A stretch of DNA of 64,000 bases from Macrostomum lignano (taxonomy: Eukaryota): the NCBI GenBank assembly GCA_002269645.1, contig NIVC01000076.1, positions 85,975-149,974 of the forward strand, read 5' to 3'. The notes below the pieces were generated by a model. The model ran no database searches, was not told where the DNA came from, and was given only the letters and a program-made list of their open reading frames with translations. Shown in pieces: positions 60,729-64,000 of this stretch. The position numbers and the translations under genes were made by a program. How positions within the stretch are numbered: the first letter of the stretch is position 1; every line of letters starts with the position of its first letter.

Positions 60729-63700
60729 TTATTCGATATAAAACTTTGACAATACCATTATTAGCAATTCATAGCTAGGTCGCTTTACGACTTGTGCCGC
60801 TGCTTCTGGCGCGGTAGTTTGCTTAGGTACCCTCTGGCTAGCATTGACGCCTGCTGCTGGTGTAGCACCGCTGCCAGAGGCTGCGCCAGCGCCGCCACCA
60901 TTGCGACGCATCAAACCGGACAGAGTCGACCGAATTCCTCGCGGCCTAGCCGGTTTAGTTGGAATCACTCTGCTTGGCGGTGTAACCAGGGCGTTAGGCG
61001 ATGTAACAGTAGTGGTAGCAGTGGTAGTAGTGGCAGCAGTTGCACCAGTCATGTGCGGCGGCGGTGGCGGCGGCGGCGGCCTGAGTCCAGCCACGCGCGT
61101 GACTTTTAACGCCTGCTGAGAACAGGCCGCCTGCCTATCAGCTGATATCATTTGTTGACGACGAACTGGCAGCGGAGGCGGCGGTGGCTGCGGTGGCAGT
61201 TCGGACGAGCGCTGCCTAGTGAGTGAAACATTTGGTGCATTGGCGCTACTAACAGTAGTATTCGTAGTACTAGTAGTAGTGATACCAGTCGCAGTCTCGC
61301 CGCCGCCCGGGCATGTTAAATCGAAGGCGAAAGCGTGCGACAATAGAAGCTCCAGAGCGGTGGTCAAATCAGCAAAAAGTTCGCAATAGCGATTGTGACA
61401 GCCTCGTATGAAGGCTGTCTGTCGGTAGTAACGCTTTAATAGGGCCTCGTTGCGAGCTAGTTCAACTAGCCAGCTTAGTAGGATGCGAGTGCTGCGGGCG
61501 AAAGGTACAGTAAGGGGCAGAGAAATTTTATTGCTTGTAGAAACGAGGTGATGTACACTTAAGGACTTAGAGAAGTTTTATCGCCTGGGGAAAGGGGTGG
61601 TGTACATTTAGGGGCTAGAGAAGTTTTATCGCCTGGGGAAAGGGGTGGTGTACATTTAGGGGCTAGAGAAGTTTTATCGCCTGGGGAAAGGGGTGGTGTA
61701 CATTTAGGGCTAGAGAAGTTTTATCGCCTGGGGAAAGGGGTGGTGTACATTTAGGGCTAGAGAAGTTTTATTGCCTGGGGAAAAAGGTGGTGTATATTTA
61801 GGGGCAGAGAAATTTTATTACTTGTAGAAACGAGGTGATGTAAATTTAGGTGGCTAGAGAAGTTTTATTACCTGGGAAAAGGGTGGTTAAAGATTTAAAG
61901 TTAGAGAAACTTGATAGCTTGGAGGTGATCTAACTCACTTTAGGCAGGCCATAACAAAAGCATTAAATTTAAGCCGTTCAAGAGATAGACCGCTGATACT
62001 TCGAACAGAACGCAACGCTTCGCTAAACAGAGTGTTGTACGGGCCTAGAAAATGTAGTAGGGATGATAAAATGGTAACTAGCAAAGTAATAAACACGTCC
62101 GATACATATCGGTAATTCTAAAGATATACATTTAGCGGATATGCTCGTAACTACGCCCATTTTACATACGTAGCAGCATATTTAATAGTACTTTTTTACA
62201 TATCAATAAAGTCAAAGATAAAATCCAATTTTCGCCTCATATAGGCAAAACAAACAACTAAATGCGGTTTTGGCAACTAAAACTTTTCGATGCATTACGA
62301 CAGAACCAAAACCCGCCATACCGGGTTTGCAGGACTCTTCGATCATCTGCCACAGGTGAGAGCGATTTTTCACCACTCCGAATCCAAGACGACTACTAGC
62401 AGTCACCGCTGACGATGGCGCAGCAGGCGACGCGGCCGAAGACGTCGAGGAGGCAGCGCCGCCGCTGCCAGGCGCCAGCAACTCGTCAGTCAGCAGGCCG
62501 TGCAACGGTGGGCAAAGCCTGCGGGCCGCGGCTGACTGCGGGTCGCCGCCAGAGGCGATCGCCAGCAGCAGGTCGTTAACGCCACGGATTGCGTCGCTGA
62601 CGAGAGTCTGCAAGCGTTGTCGATGCGATTTTTCGCCAACAGCACGCGGCGATTCCGGCGGTGAGCCGTGGAACAGCAGAGGCGGACTGTCGCTGTCGCC
62701 GCCGTATAGACCAACCTTAGATTATCGTTGCGGGTGTTTACTTTCGATACATATTGGTTAAGCATCAGATTGGTAGTTAATTTCAATAACAATAGGATAG
62801 ATAAACAACGAAGGTTACAAGATGAAACAACTGAGCATTACCTGTTTCGGTATAACATTAGTTGTCAAATCGTTCAGCTGCAAACTAAGCGGCCTACGAA
62901 TCTTCGACTTTGAAGTCGACGTCGACGCATTAGCCGTAGCTGTCGACAGTCCAGCCGCCGAATTTTTCCTCGATGTCGATCGTCGATAGTTGGTGCGGAC
63001 GTCGGCGCCGACGGTGGCCGGTCGCAGAAGGACACGGACTTTTTAGCGCGGAATCCGCCGTTACTGCCAGCGCCATCGTCGGCTGCTGCAGCAGCGGCGT
63101 CATTGTCGGCGGCAGCTGCGGCAGCGGCAATGTCCGCATCGATAACTGACTCCGACGAGGACGAAGACGAAGAATCGACGTCGGCTTCGTCGCCAGCACC
63201 ACCGACATTGCCGCCGCCCCCGCCCCCAAGTAGGCATGACTTCAACGGTCGCTGACGGCAGCCGCATTTCCGACAGACGACGGTGCTGCAACTCGAACTG
63301 GCCGCAGCAGCTCCAGGCGTGTCGATGCCGGAGTCGCTGGTGTCGCCAGGCGGCGGAGGCGCGCGGTGGTGGCGGAGGCAGAGGGTCGCCAGGAAGCCAA
63401 GGCCGCTAGGCAAGGGCCGCCGCCGGCGCGTTGCCTTCTTAAATGCGCCGACAAGCCAGCGGCAGGCGGGAACTGGCAGGCGACGCTTTGACGATCGGCT
63501 GGAGTCGACGAAGCCGACGAGGAAGCGGCAGCTGTGGCAGCAGCGGCGGCAGCGGCGGCGACAGACAGGAGCGAACCGTGCGAGCCGTCCCGCGAGCTGT
63601 TGCGCCTTCGCGATCGCTGGAACAGCTCGAGCAGAGTGCCGGAGTACTGAGCTCGCTCTGACCAGGGCGAGACAACGTTGGCGGCTTCTTCTGTGCAGTC

Positions 63701-63751
63701 TTTGTCCAAGCAGAAGTCTTTGTTGCTATCTAATCTAAGCGAGGTTGCCAT
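60729..63751 (-). CDS. RUN-domain protein, RUSC1/RUSC2-like. Confident exons 62715-62322, 62044-61939 and 61491-(~60800); 5' exon ~63751-62842 needs frame switches; 3' end uncertain
   Basis: Spliced reading LCPPLHGLLTDEL...FGVVKNRSHLWQMIEESCKPG|PYNTLFSE...LKFNAFVMACLN|TRILLSWL...LLKRYYRQTAF...LLLSHAFAFDL follows the recalled RUSC RUN pattern (LCPAL, W..VEAS.KPG, F.AF...LLN, F.LDL). Splice phases 0, 1, 2 are consistent. No SH3 exon was seen. Confidence 0.75.
61545..61890. repeat. ~48-bp minisatellite (TGTACATTTAGGGGCTAGAGAAGTTTTATCGCCTGGGGAAAGGGGTGG)n in a RUN gene intron
   Basis: About seven copies. Confidence 0.9.
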
Positions 63752-64000
63752 GGTAGGCGGTACTCGCGCAATTTCGCTTAAAAGCGCGCCAAGATGCCAG
63801 CCGGTTGCCGGCGCTGCTTTTCATCGGCGCCACGTGGTCGTGTTGCGCCAGATTCCGTCGCTGTCGCAGCGCCTCTAGTTGCTATGGCAACGCCTAAAAT
63901 TCGAACAATGGTGATTGTATACTGCATAACGGTAATAAACAAATTTTCTAAACAAAGGACGATTCTAAAGGTTCCAAAAGTTATTAAAGGGTGGTTTGAA

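Overview
Eukaryotic (animal) genomic DNA with AT-rich intergenic sequence, GC-rich exons, GT-AG introns and many intronic mini/microsatellites. The style suggests a flatworm such as Macrostomum, but this is inference only. Eight protein-coding genes can be reconstructed by hand: (1) ARIH2/TRIAD1 RBR E3 ligase, 4 exons; (2) a Sep15/SelM-like ER protein with no selenocysteine; (3) a TGF-beta-receptor-like membrane pseudokinase with no visible ectodomain, 4 exons; (4) a BMI1/PCGF-like Polycomb RING protein; (5) a ~2000-aa type I membrane mucin; (6) a Cys-rich, possibly TULIP/Der p 7-like protein with a GC-AG intron; (7) a secreted WSC+PAN/apple protein; (8) a RUSC-like RUN-domain gene whose 5' part needs two frame switches. 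Mobile DNA comprises a full-length Ty3/Gypsy element (LTRs identical by eye, 5-bp TSD, one in-frame TAG inside the Gag zinc knuckle), a truncated RTE-like LINE, a deleted Merlin transposon, a CAT...ATG MITE family with 8-bp TSDs (one copy nested in another), two other MITE-like elements and tRNA-derived SINEs. There are no prokaryotic features or CRISPR arrays, and many long ORFs in the track are repeat artefacts. The best novelty candidate is the ectodomain-less TGF-beta receptor-like pseudokinase. All alignments were made by eye from recalled family motifs; no searches were run.
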